DNA of 64,000 bases from Octopus bimaculoides (taxonomy: Eukaryota): positions 43,992,591 through 44,056,590 of the forward strand of contig NC_068996.1 of the NCBI RefSeq assembly GCF_001194135.2. Reading direction: 5' to 3'. The notes under the pieces were generated by a model that was not told the origin of the DNA, did no database searches, and saw only the letters and a list, made by a program, of their open reading frames with translations. Of this stretch, positions 36,946 to 51,199 are shown in pieces. The position numbers and the translations under genes are program-made. Each line of letters opens with the position of its first letter. The stretch's first letter is position 1.

Positions 36946-37545
36946 GCTAAAATAATTTCAGCTCTCACAAATACTTCGTGATTCACTCTCCTTGGTACAT
37001 TACTTTGCCTGATTAAGTTTACCAGGTTTACCAAACTTTTCACCCTTGTCTAATTTGACAATAATTATAATTAATGCTTACGTTTTTCATTCCTTCTTTT
37101 CTTTATATTGGTTCATTAAAAATGTTTCTTGGGTCACTACATTAAATCTGTAAGACTACACCACTTAGATATATATAGAATCCTAAGACTCAACATGATC
37201 ACAGTCTAATTAATTAGTGAAATGATTAAATTTTTGGAAACTTTATCATTTATTCTACAAGGTAGAAAAGTTAAGAAGTTCTTAACTAATCAACCACGTC
37301 CATGTCTTTGGAATATGTAGTATTGTGTAATATGCCCAGACTCATTACATTCCGAGTTCAAATTCTGCCAAAGTTGATTTTGCTTTTCACTCTTTAAGGG
37401 TCAACGAAATAAGTACCAGTTGAACACCAGGACACTTGTAATTGATCCTCCTCCTCCTCCTCCTCCTGATCTTGCAGGAAGGGCTCAATTAGAATTTTCT
37501 TCAGGTTGAATAGCCCATCCCACTCAAAAGGTCCTTCATTAAGGG

Positions 37546-37583
<38 letters not shown>

Positions 37584-38146
37584 ATACCGTTACTCTGTTT
37601 AGAGTTAATGTCATACATATTTAATTTAGAGTGATTTAAAGCTTTTATAACTGAACCTAAGTTAGCTCTGGTAGATTAAGACAGATCAATAGTTGACTTC
37701 ATAGAAATTTGGTAGTTATTATTATTATTATTATTTGTTATTGTTGCTGTTGAGTCCTAAATCACCTCTGATCAAGCAAAACTATGATCAAAGATATTCC
37801 ATTCTTATGTCCTTATGATCTCAGCTTTTCTCAGTACTCAAAACCATCTTAGTTGTTTAGTTGAGGAAACTTTAACTAAAATTTCTAGAATCCACCCCCT
37901 CTCTTCATGTTCTCTCTCTCACACATACACACACACACATACACACATTGGCTCAAGGTATTTTATTTCATGTCGGTGTATAATTTGGTTCTAAGGTTAA
38001 AATGCTTAAAAATATATCTTATACTCTTGCATTTATTTAACAAATGTTTGAAAAATGCTGTATTTTTATTTATTTATTTACACATTCCCCATTTAATTGT
38101 TCTAAATGTATTTTAAATAATTATATTTTTTATTGACAAATTTCAG

Positions 38147-38200
38147 AAACGCCAGTCAGTAGTTGCAAAGAAGTCTCCTTTGCCACTTAGTCCTTACCAG
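38147..38200 (+). CDS. SCG5: 7B2 homolog, coding exon 4 (KR site + VVAKK inhibitory-type motif)
   Basis: Acceptor aatttcag|, 54 nt, phase 0-0. Encodes KRQSVVAKKSPLPLSPYQ; VVAKKS is the conserved 7B2 C-terminal PC2-inhibitory motif. Donor cag|gtaatt. Absent from the ORF track because it is too short. Confidence 0.9.
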
Positions 38201-39202
38201 GTAATTAAAAATTTTGATTTAATTATGTTTCATAACACCATTCGCATTCAAATGCTATAATTATTCTTACATTCTTTCAAAAGCTTCGAATATCTTGACA
38301 ACCTAGATACATTTTCAAGTCCACAATTCATTCTTGTATGAAATACTGTTGTAATATTTGGGCAGGTGCACCATCTTGTCACTTGGATCTCCTTGATAAA
38401 GTTCAGAAGTAAATCCCTAATTGGATTGACCCCTCTATTACTTCAACTCTGCAACCCTTCTCACATCAGTGTGACATCGCCAGACTTAGTCTTTTCTATT
38501 GTTATTGCCACAAGAAGTGCTCTCCTAGCTCCAGATCATTTTGTGCCATCTTGCCTGACTTGAAACTCACAGCATCTCCATCCAAATGCTGTTGTGCTTC
38601 CATGAATCAGGAAACCTTTCTACAGTCATAGCTTTTTTCCTCTTGAATTGCCAGACTTTGGAACTGTCTTTCACTTCTTTCTTTTCTTCCTTCTTTTCTT
38701 CCTTCTTATGACCTCAGCTCTTTCAAGTATAAAGCAGATTCATCCTCTCATTTTAATTTCTCTTTCTTCATATTCCCTTACACTAAGTGGTTTCTCTTCT
38801 TGCTTGGGGCTTCATTATAGAAGAAAAAAATGTAAGCTGTGATGCACTCCAGTAAGAAAATGCATGAAAACAAGCATGCATACAGACATATTTATGTATA
38901 TGCATATGTTCACATACATACATAACAAAAACATGCACATATACATATATATACACAGACATTCAATGACGAAAAAAATAACTCTCGCATAAAGATAGTG
39001 AAAAATATCTTCAGAATACATTACTATTTACTCTTTTACTTGTTTCAGTCATTTTGACTAACCATGCTGGAGCACCGCCTTTAGTCAACAAAGAACTTAT
39101 TCTTTGGAAGCCTAGTACTTATTCTATCAGTCTCTTTTGCCGAACTGCTAAGTTACGGGGATGTAAACACACCAACATCGGTTGTCGAGTGATGGTAGGG
39201 GA

Positions 39203-39242
<40 letters not shown>

Positions 39243-40108
39243 AATTCTGGATGAACTTTTGTTTACCTTCACTTGTACCTATTATTCAATTGCAACAGTA
39301 AGCATTTGGATATAAATAAGTATCCTTCCAGTAGTATATTGGATATTTATTATCCCTTAGATGGTTGTCTAACCTCTAACTCATATATATGTATATATAT
39401 AACACACCGCCATCGGTTGTCAAGTAATGTTAGGAGAACAAACACAAACATATACACATACATACATATATGTATATACATATATACAACGGGCTTCTTT
39501 CAGTTTCCATCTACCAAATCCACTCACAAGGCTATAGTAGAAGACACTTGCCCAAAGACCCATGCAAGCTACTTACCACACAGCCACTCCTGCGCCTATG
39601 AAAGAATATAATGAATTAGAAATTATGTGCTTAACCACGTGCTAGGAGCTATATAGTAAATAGATGTGAATGAACCTCCGTGTGTGTGTGTATGTGTGTG
39701 TGTGTGATGACTGTTGATTATTTACCAAGAATGACCAACCCTTGCCCTAAGATTACTGGTGTGACACCTCCCTCACCGTAGTCTCCCATTACAATGAAGA
39801 CACATCGCAGTATGGTGAAACCAAGACACCACTTCCAAAACACTGACAGCACTCCAACTAAGGTTGTTCTAAACAATACAGCAATTTTTGTGCCCTTGTT
39901 AGTAAAGAAACAAAGAAACATACCTGTGACACTCCATTTGCACAATGAAATGGGAAGTCCAATATCTGTTTGTGGCTCCCAGATGCAGCCTAAACTACTT
40001 CCACTTGTGCTGGGGGGAGGGGAGAAGATAGGTACAAAAAAGTACCTACACAACAAATTTTCTTTATGGTGACAAATGCTTGTATGGCTTCTGTACAATT
40101 CTCTAAAT

Positions 40109-40374
40109 CAGTGCTCCACAACCAGTATGCTGCGACACACTAGTGTGCTACAAGATGGTGTTAGGTGTGCCACAGTGTAACCTGAATATAATTTCTTTCC
40201 CTATACATAGTCACAGGAGTGGGTGTGTGGTAAGTAGCTTGCTTACCAACCACATGGTTCCGGGTTCAGTCCCACTGCGTGGCACCTTGGGCAAGTGTCT
40301 TCTACTATAGCCTCGGGCCAACCAAAGCCTTGTGAGTGGATTTGGTAGACGGAAACTGAAAGAAGCCTGTTGTA

Positions 40375-40407
<33 letters not shown>

Positions 40408-41032
40408 NNNNNNNNNNNNNNNNNNNNNNNNNNNNNNNNNNNNNNNNNNNNNNNNNNNNNNNNNNNNNNNNNNNNNNNNNNNNNNNNNNNNNNNNNNNNN
40501 NNNNNNNNNNNNNNNNNNNNNNNNNNNNNNNNNNNNNNNNNNNNNNNNNNNNNNNNNNNNNNNNNNNNNNNNNNNNNNNNNNNNNNNNNNNNNNNNNNNN
40601 NNNNNNNNNNNNNNNNNNNNNNNNNNNNNNNNNNNNNNNNNNNNNNNNNNNNNNNNNNNNNNNNNNNNNNNNNNNNNNNNNNNNNNNNNNNATGTATATT
40701 TGTGTGTGTGTGTCTGTGTGTGTGTGTGTTTGTGTGTCTGTGTTTGTCCCCCCAACATCACTTGACAACCGATGGTGGTGTGTTTACGTCCCCGTAACTT
40801 AGCAGTTCGGCAAAGGAGTCCGATAGAATAAGTACTAGGCTTACGAAGAATAAGTCCTGGAGTCGATTTACTTGACTAAAGGTGGTGCTCCAGCATGGCC
40901 GCAGTCAAATGACTGAAACAAGTAAAAGAGTAAAAGAGTATACTTTTAGTTATATTTTTAGTTCGGGTGTGCAGCCAAATTTTGAAAAGAATATAAGTGT
41001 ACCTCAAGTGAAAAAAGGGTTGCAGAGCACTT
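40109..41032. mobile_element. hAT-type element with 8-bp TSD, interrupted by a family A SINE
   Basis: CAGTGCTCCACAACC / GGTTGCAGAGCACTT ends. CTCTAAAT is duplicated at 40101-40108 and 41033-41040. SINE at 40213-40940 lies inside. Confidence 0.75.
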
Positions 41033-41988
41033 CTCTAAATGATGTTGTAAGCCATTAACTTGGCAACGAGCAAAAGTAGGCAAAATAACCAGACACTAAA
41101 GCTTCATTGGTTTCATGTGAGAATTTTTTCCTCCCATGTAGACTTACAAACATATACATGGACACACTAGTGTAGCTAGAGTGTGTGCTGCCTGAGGTGG
41201 CCCTTCTGTTTTCTGCCCCCCCCCCCAGACCCCACAAAAAACATATATTGCCTACAGCTATAGCCTACAACAGGATGAAAAGTGCCACCGCGGTGGACCA
41301 CCACTACAGCCTCTCTTCCCCTAGCTATGGTAGTGCATGGACACACTCATATACATATGCATAATTTTTTAAAGTTCTGATTAAGCTATAAAATGATACA
41401 TGAGAACTCAGCTATGAGTTCATTGCTGCATCATAGAGAAGAAACAGTTGTAAGCTTATGAAGTTCATTTCATAATTCTTGTTCCATTGTCATTTATTTA
41501 ATTTGGTGTGTCTTCAACTATAGCCTCGGGTCGACCAAAGCCTTGTGAGTGGATTTGGTAGACGGAAACTGAAAGAAGCCTGTCGTATGTATGTATATAT
41601 ATATATATATGTGTGTGTGTATGTTTGTGTGTTTGTGTTTGTCCCCCTAGCATTGCTTGACAACCGATGCTGGTGTGTTTATGTCCCCGTCACTTAGCGG
41701 TTCGGCAAAAGAGACTGATAGAATAAGTACTAGGCTTACAAAGAATAAGTCCTGGGATCGATTTTCTCGCCTAAAAGGCGGTGCTCCAGCATGGCCGCAG
41801 TCAAATGACTGAAACAAGTAAAAGAGAGTATATATATATATATGTATGTATATATATATGTATGTGCATATATATGTGTATGTGTGTGTGTGTGTGTATC
41901 TGACACATCTGTTGTTTTTGAACTGTCCTACTCATGTCAGCATAGAGAAAGATGATAATGTTGATACACTCACACCCCCCCACACAAT

Positions 41989-42023
<35 letters not shown>

Positions 42024-42860
42024 ACACACACACTTTGAAAGGATTGTCCCGGTATTTTTTTGTTCGGCAGGGAACTAGAACACTACAGGAGAGCTCAGCT
42101 GATGAGCAGATGTGAATGTAGTGTCTTAAATTATGGACAAAGAAAAAAATCTCTGGGAACTGCAGGCAACACTTACAGTTCCTGTATCCTGGTTATAGAT
42201 TCATATTTTTTGTTCTTTACCTATTATTATAGGTGGGGCTATTTCACAATAGATATATATATATATTAAAACCTGGAAACGACGGGTTTTCCCACAAATA
42301 AAGGACAAAGAACCTGATTCATATCCTTAAAGCTCAATGAATTTGCAGTGTAACGAACATTTGTAAAACAAGTGTGGTAAGAAGTTTGCTTCATAACTGT
42401 ATGTCCCACCATACAACATCTTTGATATGTGTATTCTACTATAGCTTTGTGCGTTGATTTAGTACATGGAAACTGAAAGAAGCCCATCGTATGTGTATCA
42501 TCATCATCATCATCATCATCATCATCGTCCTCATCGTTTAATGTCCGTTTTCCATGCTAGCATGAGTTGGATGATTTGACTGGGGACTGGCAAGCCAGGG
42601 GCTGCACCAGGCTCCAATCTGATCTGGCAATGTTTCTACAGCTTGATGCCCTTCATAATACCAAACCACTCCGAAAGTGTAGTGGGTGCTTTTTATGTGC
42701 CACCGGCATGGGAGCCAATCAGGCGGCACTGGTATCGGCCACGTTCGAATGGTGCTTTTTATGTGCTACCGGCACAAGAGCCAGTTGGGCTGGAGTTGCT
42801 GGCATTGATGTATTTATATGTGTGAGTGTGTGTGAGGTGTATGTGTGTGTGTGAGTGTGT

Positions 42861-42913
<53 letters not shown>

Positions 42914-43239
42914 CGCACACTTTTATATTAACACTTGTTTCTTTCCAGCACTTGATAATCCTTGTTAGTATGTTCACGTCCCTGTAACTTAGTAGTTTGG
43001 TAAAAGAGAGTAATAGGATAAATACCAGACTTTCAAAAAAAGTCCTCCTGGGGTCAATTTGTTTCACTACCCTCTTCAAGGCAGGGCCCGAACATGACAC
43101 AGTCCAATGACTGAAACAAGTAAAAGATTCCAAAGATTCTACATTTTAGTCATCCTATATTTGTGCATGTGCATGCATGCACATGCACACACACACACAC
43201 ACACACACAAAAGACAAGTGCACACATGTGTACTAAAGA

Positions 43240-43635
43240 AATTGTTGTTGTTGTTGGCACTCTGTCGCTTACGATGTCAAGGGTTCCAGTTGATTCGATC
43301 AACAGAACAGCCTGCTCGTGAAATTAACGTGCAAGTGGCTGAGCACTCCACAGACACGTGTACCCTTAATGTAGTTCTCGCGGATATTCAGCGTGACACA
43401 GTGTGAGACAAGGCTGACCCTTTGAATTACAGGCACAACAGAAACAGGGAGAAAGAGTAAGGGAAAGTTGTGGTGGAAGAGTACAGCAGGGTTCGCCACC
43501 ATCCCCTGCCGGAGCCTCATGGAGCTTCAGGTGCTTTCGCTCAATAAACACTCACAACGCCCGGTCTGGGAATCGAAACCGCGATTCTATGACCGCGAGT
43601 CCGCTGCCCTAACCACTGGGCCATTGCGCCTCCAC
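43240..43635 (-). mobile_element. tRNA-headed SINE (family E)
   Basis: GTGGAGGCGCAATGGCCCAGTGG...GGTTTCGATTCCC head. A second copy at 61410-61797 (+) shares its 3' region with family D. Confidence 0.75.
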
Positions 43636-44689
43636 ACTAAAGAAATATGTACACAAATTTTTATGGGTACGAGCATATTCTCTTAAATACAAATATTTAC
43701 TAAATAATCACGCACGCACACATCCATACACACATATTTACAAACATACATTTTCATGATAACCACACATGAACTGGTACAATTACCCACGCACAAACAC
43801 ACAGACAGACAAATTCCATGCATGTGAGGAATTAGACACAAGGTCTAATTCCTCACATGCTTGGAACTCTTATCACTTTGTTAGCGACATGCTGAAATTC
43901 CACGATAAAGAATTCTGGTAATTTCAAGGTAAGTATACATACATATATAAACCATTAAAATTCAAAGAATGAATAAATAATTTCTCTTTAATAGCTTTAC
44001 TTTAAATTCCTTACACTGAGCAGGTGAATGGTCAAAGACATTAAAACTTGAACTATACACTCATATAATATATATGCATATACATGTATATATATACATG
44101 TATATATATATCATCATCATCATCAACGATGATGATGATGATGATGATGATGATATATGTATATGTATAAGCAGGAGTGGCTGTGTGGTAAGTAGCTTGC
44201 TTACCAACAACATGGATCCAGGTTCATTCCCACTGCATAGCACCTTGGGCAAGTGTCTTCTATAGCTTCAGGCCAACCAAAGCCTTGTAAGTGGATTTGG
44301 TAGACGGAAACTGAAAGAAGCCCGTGATATATATGTATATATATGTGTGTGTGTGTGTGTACGTGTTTGTGTGTCTGTGTTTGTCCCCCCAACATCGCTT
44401 GACAACCGATGGTGGTGTGTTTATGTCCCCGTAACTTAGTGGTTCAGCAAAAGAAACGATAGAATAAGTGCTAGGCTTACAAAGAATAAGTCCTGGGNNN
44501 NNNNNNNGTGGTTCAGCAAAAGAAACGATAGAATAAGTGCTAGGCTTACAAAGAATAAGTCCTGGGGTTGATTTGCTCGACTAAAGGCGGTGCTCCAGCA
44601 TGGCCGCAGTCAAATGACTGAAACAAGTAAAAGAGTAAGAGTAAAAGAGTATATCCACATACACACATACACACACACACACATACAAG

Positions 44690-44721
<32 letters not shown>

Positions 44722-45084
44722 CACGCACACACATGCATATATAAATTTACAAATTCTTATGTCATAAACCACCATTGTTCTTGAACGTTGTTTTGTATAC
44801 CTTCTATGGACTGCTCAAAGCCTACTAAGTTCCTACACCTTGATCCTTGGATCTTAGCTTTACATATAATTTTACACACACGCACACACACACACACACA
44901 TATATGACGGGCTTCTTTCAGTTTCCATCTACCAAATCCACTCACAAGAGTTTGTTTGGCCCGAGGCTATAGTAGAAGATACTTGCCCCAGGTGGTACAC
45001 AGTAGGACTGAACCCAGAATCATGTGGCTGGTAAGCAAACTACTTACCACACAGCCACTCCTGTCTCTCTCTCTCTCTCTCTCT

Positions 45085-45118
<34 letters not shown>

Positions 45119-46032
45119 NNNNNNNNNNNNNNNNNNNNNNNNNNNNNNNNNNNNNNNNNNNNNNNNNNNNNNNNNNNNNNNNNNNNNNNNNNNNNNNNNN
45201 NNNNNNNNNNNNNNNNNNNNNNNNNNNNNNNNNNNNNNNNNNNNNNNNNNNNNNNNNNNNNNNNNNNNNNNNNNNNNNNNNNNNNNNNNNNNNNNNNNNN
45301 NNNNNNNNNNNNNNNNNNNNNNNNNNNNNNNNNNNNNNNNNNNNNNNNNNNNNNNNNNNNNNNNNNNNNNNNNNNNNNNNNNNNNNNNNNNNNNNNNNNN
45401 NNNNNNNNNNNNNNNNNNNNNNNNNNNNNNNNNNNNNNNNNNNNNNNNNNNNNNNNNNNNNNNNNNNNNNNNNNNNNNNNNNNNNNNNNNNNNNNNNNNN
45501 NNNNNNNNNNNNNNNNNNNNNNNNNNNNNNNNNNNNNNNNNNNNNNNNNNNNNNNNNNNNNNNNNNNNNNNNNNNNNNNNNNNNNNNNNNNNNNNNNNNN
45601 NNNNNNNNNNNNNNNNNNNNNNNNNNNNNNNNNNNNNNNNNNNNNNNNNNNNTTACTATTCAGTGACACTTCTTCTACTCCTCTTGCTGGGGTGAGAGTA
45701 ATAGAGACGGTAAGAGTGGTAGTAGATTGACAGTCGAGATGGTCATGGGCTGATAGTAATAGTATGAGCTGTAGTTGTGATAGAGGCAGAAGCAATGGTG
45801 ATGATGGTGGTGGTGGTGGTGGTGGTGGTGGTGGCGATGGTAGCTGAGGTGGTCAAGCATGACAGTGATAGTAAGGGATGTGAAAGACAGTGGTGATGGT
45901 GGTGGAGGGGAAGGCCGGCGAAGTCAAAGGTGTTGATGGTGGTGGTGTGAGAAATGCTGAATGGTGTATGCATGGCAGTTGTGGTGGCAATGGTGGTGGT
46001 ATGGTTGATGGTGATGGTTGAAAACAATCAAC

Positions 46033-46075
<43 letters not shown>

Positions 46076-46348
46076 AAGAGGTTAGACAGAAAAAGAATAT
46101 TGTACTGACCCCCACCCGAATGGGAAGACAAAAACTGTTGTTTATCATGAAGCTTTGCAAATAAGTTCCAAGTTGACAAATTATATCATTGCTTTGAAGA
46201 AAATTGTTCATTGCTTGAAAAATATTGGTCAAGTTTAATAAAATTTAATATGCACTCAGTGCATGAAGTGTGATTGTTGGACTCAAGGCCCAATGAAGAG
46301 CCCCCCACAAGAGCTAGTATATACATACATACATAGATACATACAGAC

Positions 46349-46419
<71 letters not shown>

Positions 46420-47930
46420 TANNNNNNNNNNATAGATATACAGTTGAAACACTTCTGTCACGTGGGACCTTGAAGACTGCTAGAAAGCAAGAAAGTATAC
46501 TAGTCCTTATATATTTAATATTCAATATTTCATATATTCAATAAGACATTCAATACTTCATTTCATTGTACCATCCATTTTTATATTATATATTATATAT
46601 TCCATATTCTACATCCCACATTAATTTTATAAGAATATAAATAAAACATAAAAAACAGACAGAGTTGGAACTCTTTTGAATAATACACACACACACGCAC
46701 ATATTCATGTATCCATACATATATTTACTTATATGTACATACATGTACACAGTCATATATATACATACATGCATCCAACCATATATCTATCCTCATTGTT
46801 ATTTAACATTTGCTGTCAATGCTGGCATGGGTTGGATGATTTGACATTGAGCTGGAAGACTGCATCATATGCCAATGTCCGTTCTGTCTTGGTTTTTATA
46901 ATTGGATGTGCTTCCTAATGCCAACCACTTCACAGAATGTCCAAGGTGTTTTTGTCATGACACCAGCACTACTGAGATCAGAAAGTAACTTGCAAGATGA
47001 CTAATACCAGTGGACAGAATTGGTTTGTAGTAAAGAGTGAGGTGGCGTTTTTAATGCCAGGTGTTGTGAGGCTAATGTTTGATAGAGGGAGAGTCATGGG
47101 TATGTCGCTGTTGAGGAGATACATTATGTAAGGGTGGGAGTAACTAGAAAGAAGACAATGATGGTGGGTACAGAATGTCTGAATAAACTCTCAAGATATG
47201 AAAAAGCAAGTGCAAGAGAGAATGCAGACAAAGAATCAGGTATTGTGTTGAGATAAATTCCTCAGAGTGTGAGAAGAAAATGGCAGATGGTAAGAGATGA
47301 GTGTAAAGGTGAATATAGTGAATAGAACAAAGGTAGAGGTATGGTAGATGGTAAAATCAGTATAGCGGCAGGAAAGGTGAAAGAAATAGAAGTTGCTCAG
47401 GAAAGAGCAGATAAGTTGTACAGAGAAAGTGGAGAGCAACAGTATAATAAACTTGTAGATACATCAGAAAATAGGGAGATGATGTGAGGAATGGGAGAAT
47501 GGGGTGTGAGAAAGTGAGAGAGAAAGAGAGATGTACAGTGATAGAGATGGATGTCACAGGTATGTAAGGATGGCTATTGTGCTCAATTGCATATGAAGTA
47601 CCGAAATAAGATTGAAACCAATCCAGTTGATCTTTCTTTTTTGATTGAAAGATAACTGTTTGCAAATATACTTAAATTAGCCTTATATATACACCTAGTA
47701 TTGGCAAAAGTCTTAAATATATTCTAATTTTCCTTGATCACAAAACATTTTATCCAGTATAGGCACAGAAGTGGCTGTGTGGTAAGTAGCTTGCTTACCA
47801 ACCACATGGTCCTGGGTTCAGTCCCATTGCATGGCACCTTCAGCAAGTGTCTTCTACTATAGCCTCGGGCTGACCAAAGCCTTGTGAGTGGATTTAGTAG
47901 ATGGAAACTGGAAGAAGCCCATTGTATATG

Positions 47931-47989
<59 letters not shown>

Positions 47990-48916
47990 NNNNNNNNNNN
48001 NNNNNNNNNNNNNNNNNNNNNNNNNNNNNNNNNNNNNNNNNNNNNNNNNNNNNNNNNNNNNNNNNNNNNNNNNNNNNNNNNNNNNNNNNNNCTGTTTGTC
48101 CACCCAACATCGCTTGACAACTGATGCTGGTGTGTTTACATCCCCATAACTTAGTGGTTCGGCAAAAGAGACCAATAGAATAAGTACTAGGCTTACAAAG
48201 AATAAGCTCTGGGATCGATTTACTCAACTATAAAGGCAGTGCTGCAGCATGGCCACAGTCAAATGGCTGAAACAAGTAAAAGAGTAAAAGTGTACTTTAA
48301 TGATTCAACAAATCTATATTCCTGGATTGGTACTTTAGTTTTTTAACCCCAGATGGATGAAGAGTAAAATTGATCTCAGTAGAATTTGAACATGAAACAT
48401 AAAAAAAAGGTAGTATAAATACTGCAAGACATTTTGACCAATACTCCAATAATCCTGGGACAAGTCATTTGTTTTATCAGTCCCAGAAGGACAAAATGTA
48501 GAATCTCAACACAGAATGTAAAGTTGCCATTACGGATACTGCAAAGCATTTTATCTGACACTCTAATAATTCTATCAAACCACAACATGAGACTGGTATG
48601 TTAATTTATTGACATTAGAAAGACCTTGACAAAATTTGAACGCAGACCATAAAGAACTGGAACAAATACCATTTTGTCTGGTACACTAATAATTCTGTAA
48701 TTTGTCACCTTAAATTCAAGTTGTTAATGGAGCTGCAAGATATATTAAACATTCCAGCAGTTGTGCTTATAGTATGTGCACGAACACATATATAGACTTA
48801 CAATAATACAATGTAGTAACATTTTGTGATTCTCTAATGCCAACCTTTGTCTCAGTCAGTTTAGATGTGGTACTGTTCCTATATATGAATAACACCATAG
48901 ATATATTTGCAAAACA

Positions 48917-49151
48917 TATGAAGAGGTGCTGAAAAGTTCCTGAATTTAAGGGTATCGTGAAAGGCCTGTCTGGGCCTTTCATAACACCGCTAAAACTAGG
49001 AACTTTCTTTTAAAGGGCTTAGAAAGACCAAAGGACTGTTCCAATAAGTTTGTGTATCTGAAAGGGGAATATGTTAAATAAAATCATAATTAACTGATCC
49101 TTCTGTATTTTCTTTTACCCAAAGCCAAGAACTTTTCAGCACTTCCTTGTA
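48917..49151. mobile_element. mariner-type MITE
   Basis: TIRs TATGAAGAGGTGCTGAAAAGTTCCTG / CCAAGAACTTTTCAGCACTTCCTTGTA with TA ends. Confidence 0.7.
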
Positions 49152-49164
49152 TACATGCAGATAC

Positions 49165-49198
<34 letters not shown>

Positions 49199-50402
49199 CC
49201 AAACATACTTACATTCATGCATGTATCCATGACTACCTAGGTGATGTCTGATGTCTAAATTCTAATGGAAAAGCTTGGTTTGTGGGTTGAGAACCAACTT
49301 TTCTCTGTTGAAGAGGACCTTGATATATAAACCAGGTAAATATACATACTTGTGTGTGTGTGTGTGTGTGTGTGTGCACATGCATATGTTCGTGTGTGTG
49401 TGCATGTGTGTACATTTATGTATATATGCATTTGTGTATTGTGTATATACACATGTGGCTAAAATTTGCCCTGTTTATAATTATGCCATATGTTACATAT
49501 TTATTATATCATACCTTGATACTGTGTGGACTAAGATCCCTGATGAAAGGCCACTGGTATTTATAGTGTTAAACACTTTTGGTATGCAAATTAGGGACTC
49601 CTTCATAGCGTAACTGCTGCATTTGTTGAGTATATAAACAGTGGGGCTGCTTGTTTCTCTGAGGAAAAACTAATGAAATATGTAAACAACAAGAAAAAAA
49701 AAATGGAAAACAGCTGTAACTAAACTTAGTTGTAACTAGGCTTACAAAGAATATGTACTGGGGTCAATTTCTTCAACTAAAAAAGTTTAAGGTTGTCCTC
49801 CAGCATGGCTGCTGTCAAATGACTAAAACAAGTAATAGAATAATAGAATATATAGACATATCTACATGCAAACATGTACATCCTAAACATCATCCCACAG
49901 AAATGCATACACAGTATATACATGCAAATATATACATAAATTTTTGCATATGACTTTATTTTATAAATATTCATATATATATGATGCAGGAGTGGCTGCG
50001 TGGTAAGTAACTTGCTTACCAATCACATGGTTCCAGGTTCGTCCCACTGTGTGGCACCTTGGGCAAGTGTCTTCTACTATAGTCTCGGGCCTTGTGAGTG
50101 GATTTGGTAGATGGAAACTGAAAGAAGCATGTTGTATATATGTATGTTTATATATGTATGTGTGTGTATATGTTTGTGTATATGTTTGTGTATCTGTGTT
50201 TGTCCCCCCAACGTCGCTTGAAAACCGATACTGGTGTGTTTACGTCCCCGTAATTTAGTGGTTTGGCAAAAGAGACCGATAGAATAAGTACTAGGCTTCC
50301 AAAGAATAAGTTGATTTGCTTATAGGTTGATTTGCTCAACTAAAGGTGGTGCTCCAGCATGGCCGCAGTCAAATGACTGAAACAAGTAAAGTGTAAGTGT
50401 AT

Positions 50403-50465
<63 letters not shown>

Positions 50466-51199
50466 CAGTTGAAATTTATAGAAAGAAGACAGGTGTATGA
50501 ACAACAAGCAAGTGTATTAGTTTGACACACAGGAAAATTGAAAATGTCTTTTATGTTTCAAGCCTATGCACTTCAAGGAATAAGAGAAAATAAACAGAGA
50601 GAAAATGAAAGAATCTTGTAGATTTCAGCGGTAAAGCATGGCGAATGACTGGAAAAAGAGAGGCTAAAAAAAGGGGAGATAATATAAAAAAAGAGATTGA
50701 ATGAAAGCGAGATAATAAAGTGCCAGTGATTACAACAAGAGAAGGTGCATGTGCGTTTGTGTGTATTTGAGAATGCTCTGTAAGTGTGCATGAATAGGGG
50801 TGAATAACTATGATGTGTGCGAGTCTGTATGTGTGTAACATGTGTGTTTGTGTGTGTGTCTGTGACCAAACAGTGTGCATGTGTATTATGTATATATGTG
50901 GGCAAGAGTTATCTTTGTCTATGCATATTGCATGTGTTATAACCTGTTACGTGTGTGTATATAAATATATATATATATATANNNNNNNNNNNNNNNNNNN
51001 NNNNNNNNNNNNNNNNNNNNNNNNNNNNNNNNNNNNNNNNNNNNNNNNNNNNNNNNNNNNNNNNNNNNNNNNNNNNNNNNNNNNNNNNNNNNNNNNNNNN
51101 NNNNNNNNNNNNNNNNNNNNNNNNNNNNNNNNNNNNNNNNNNNNNNNNNNNNNNNNNNNNNNNNNNNNNNNNNNNNNNNNNNNNNNNNNNNNNNNNNNN

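Noticed and set aside
39718-40098. Overlapping 126-aa and 92-aa ORFs on opposite strands
   Set aside because: No recognisable domain, splice context or codon signal.
43885-43928. Possible exon in intron 5 ending at a strong aag|gtaagt donor
   Set aside because: It has stops in all three frames from the visible acceptor and no supporting motif.
44459-44560. Direct duplication of about 60 bp on either side of a 10-N gap
   Set aside because: Typical unmerged contig overlap, so an assembly artefact.
49540-49590. CTGATGA followed by a CACT/AGTG stem
   Set aside because: The GAAA half of the hammerhead core is absent (TTAAAC); at most a dead remnant.
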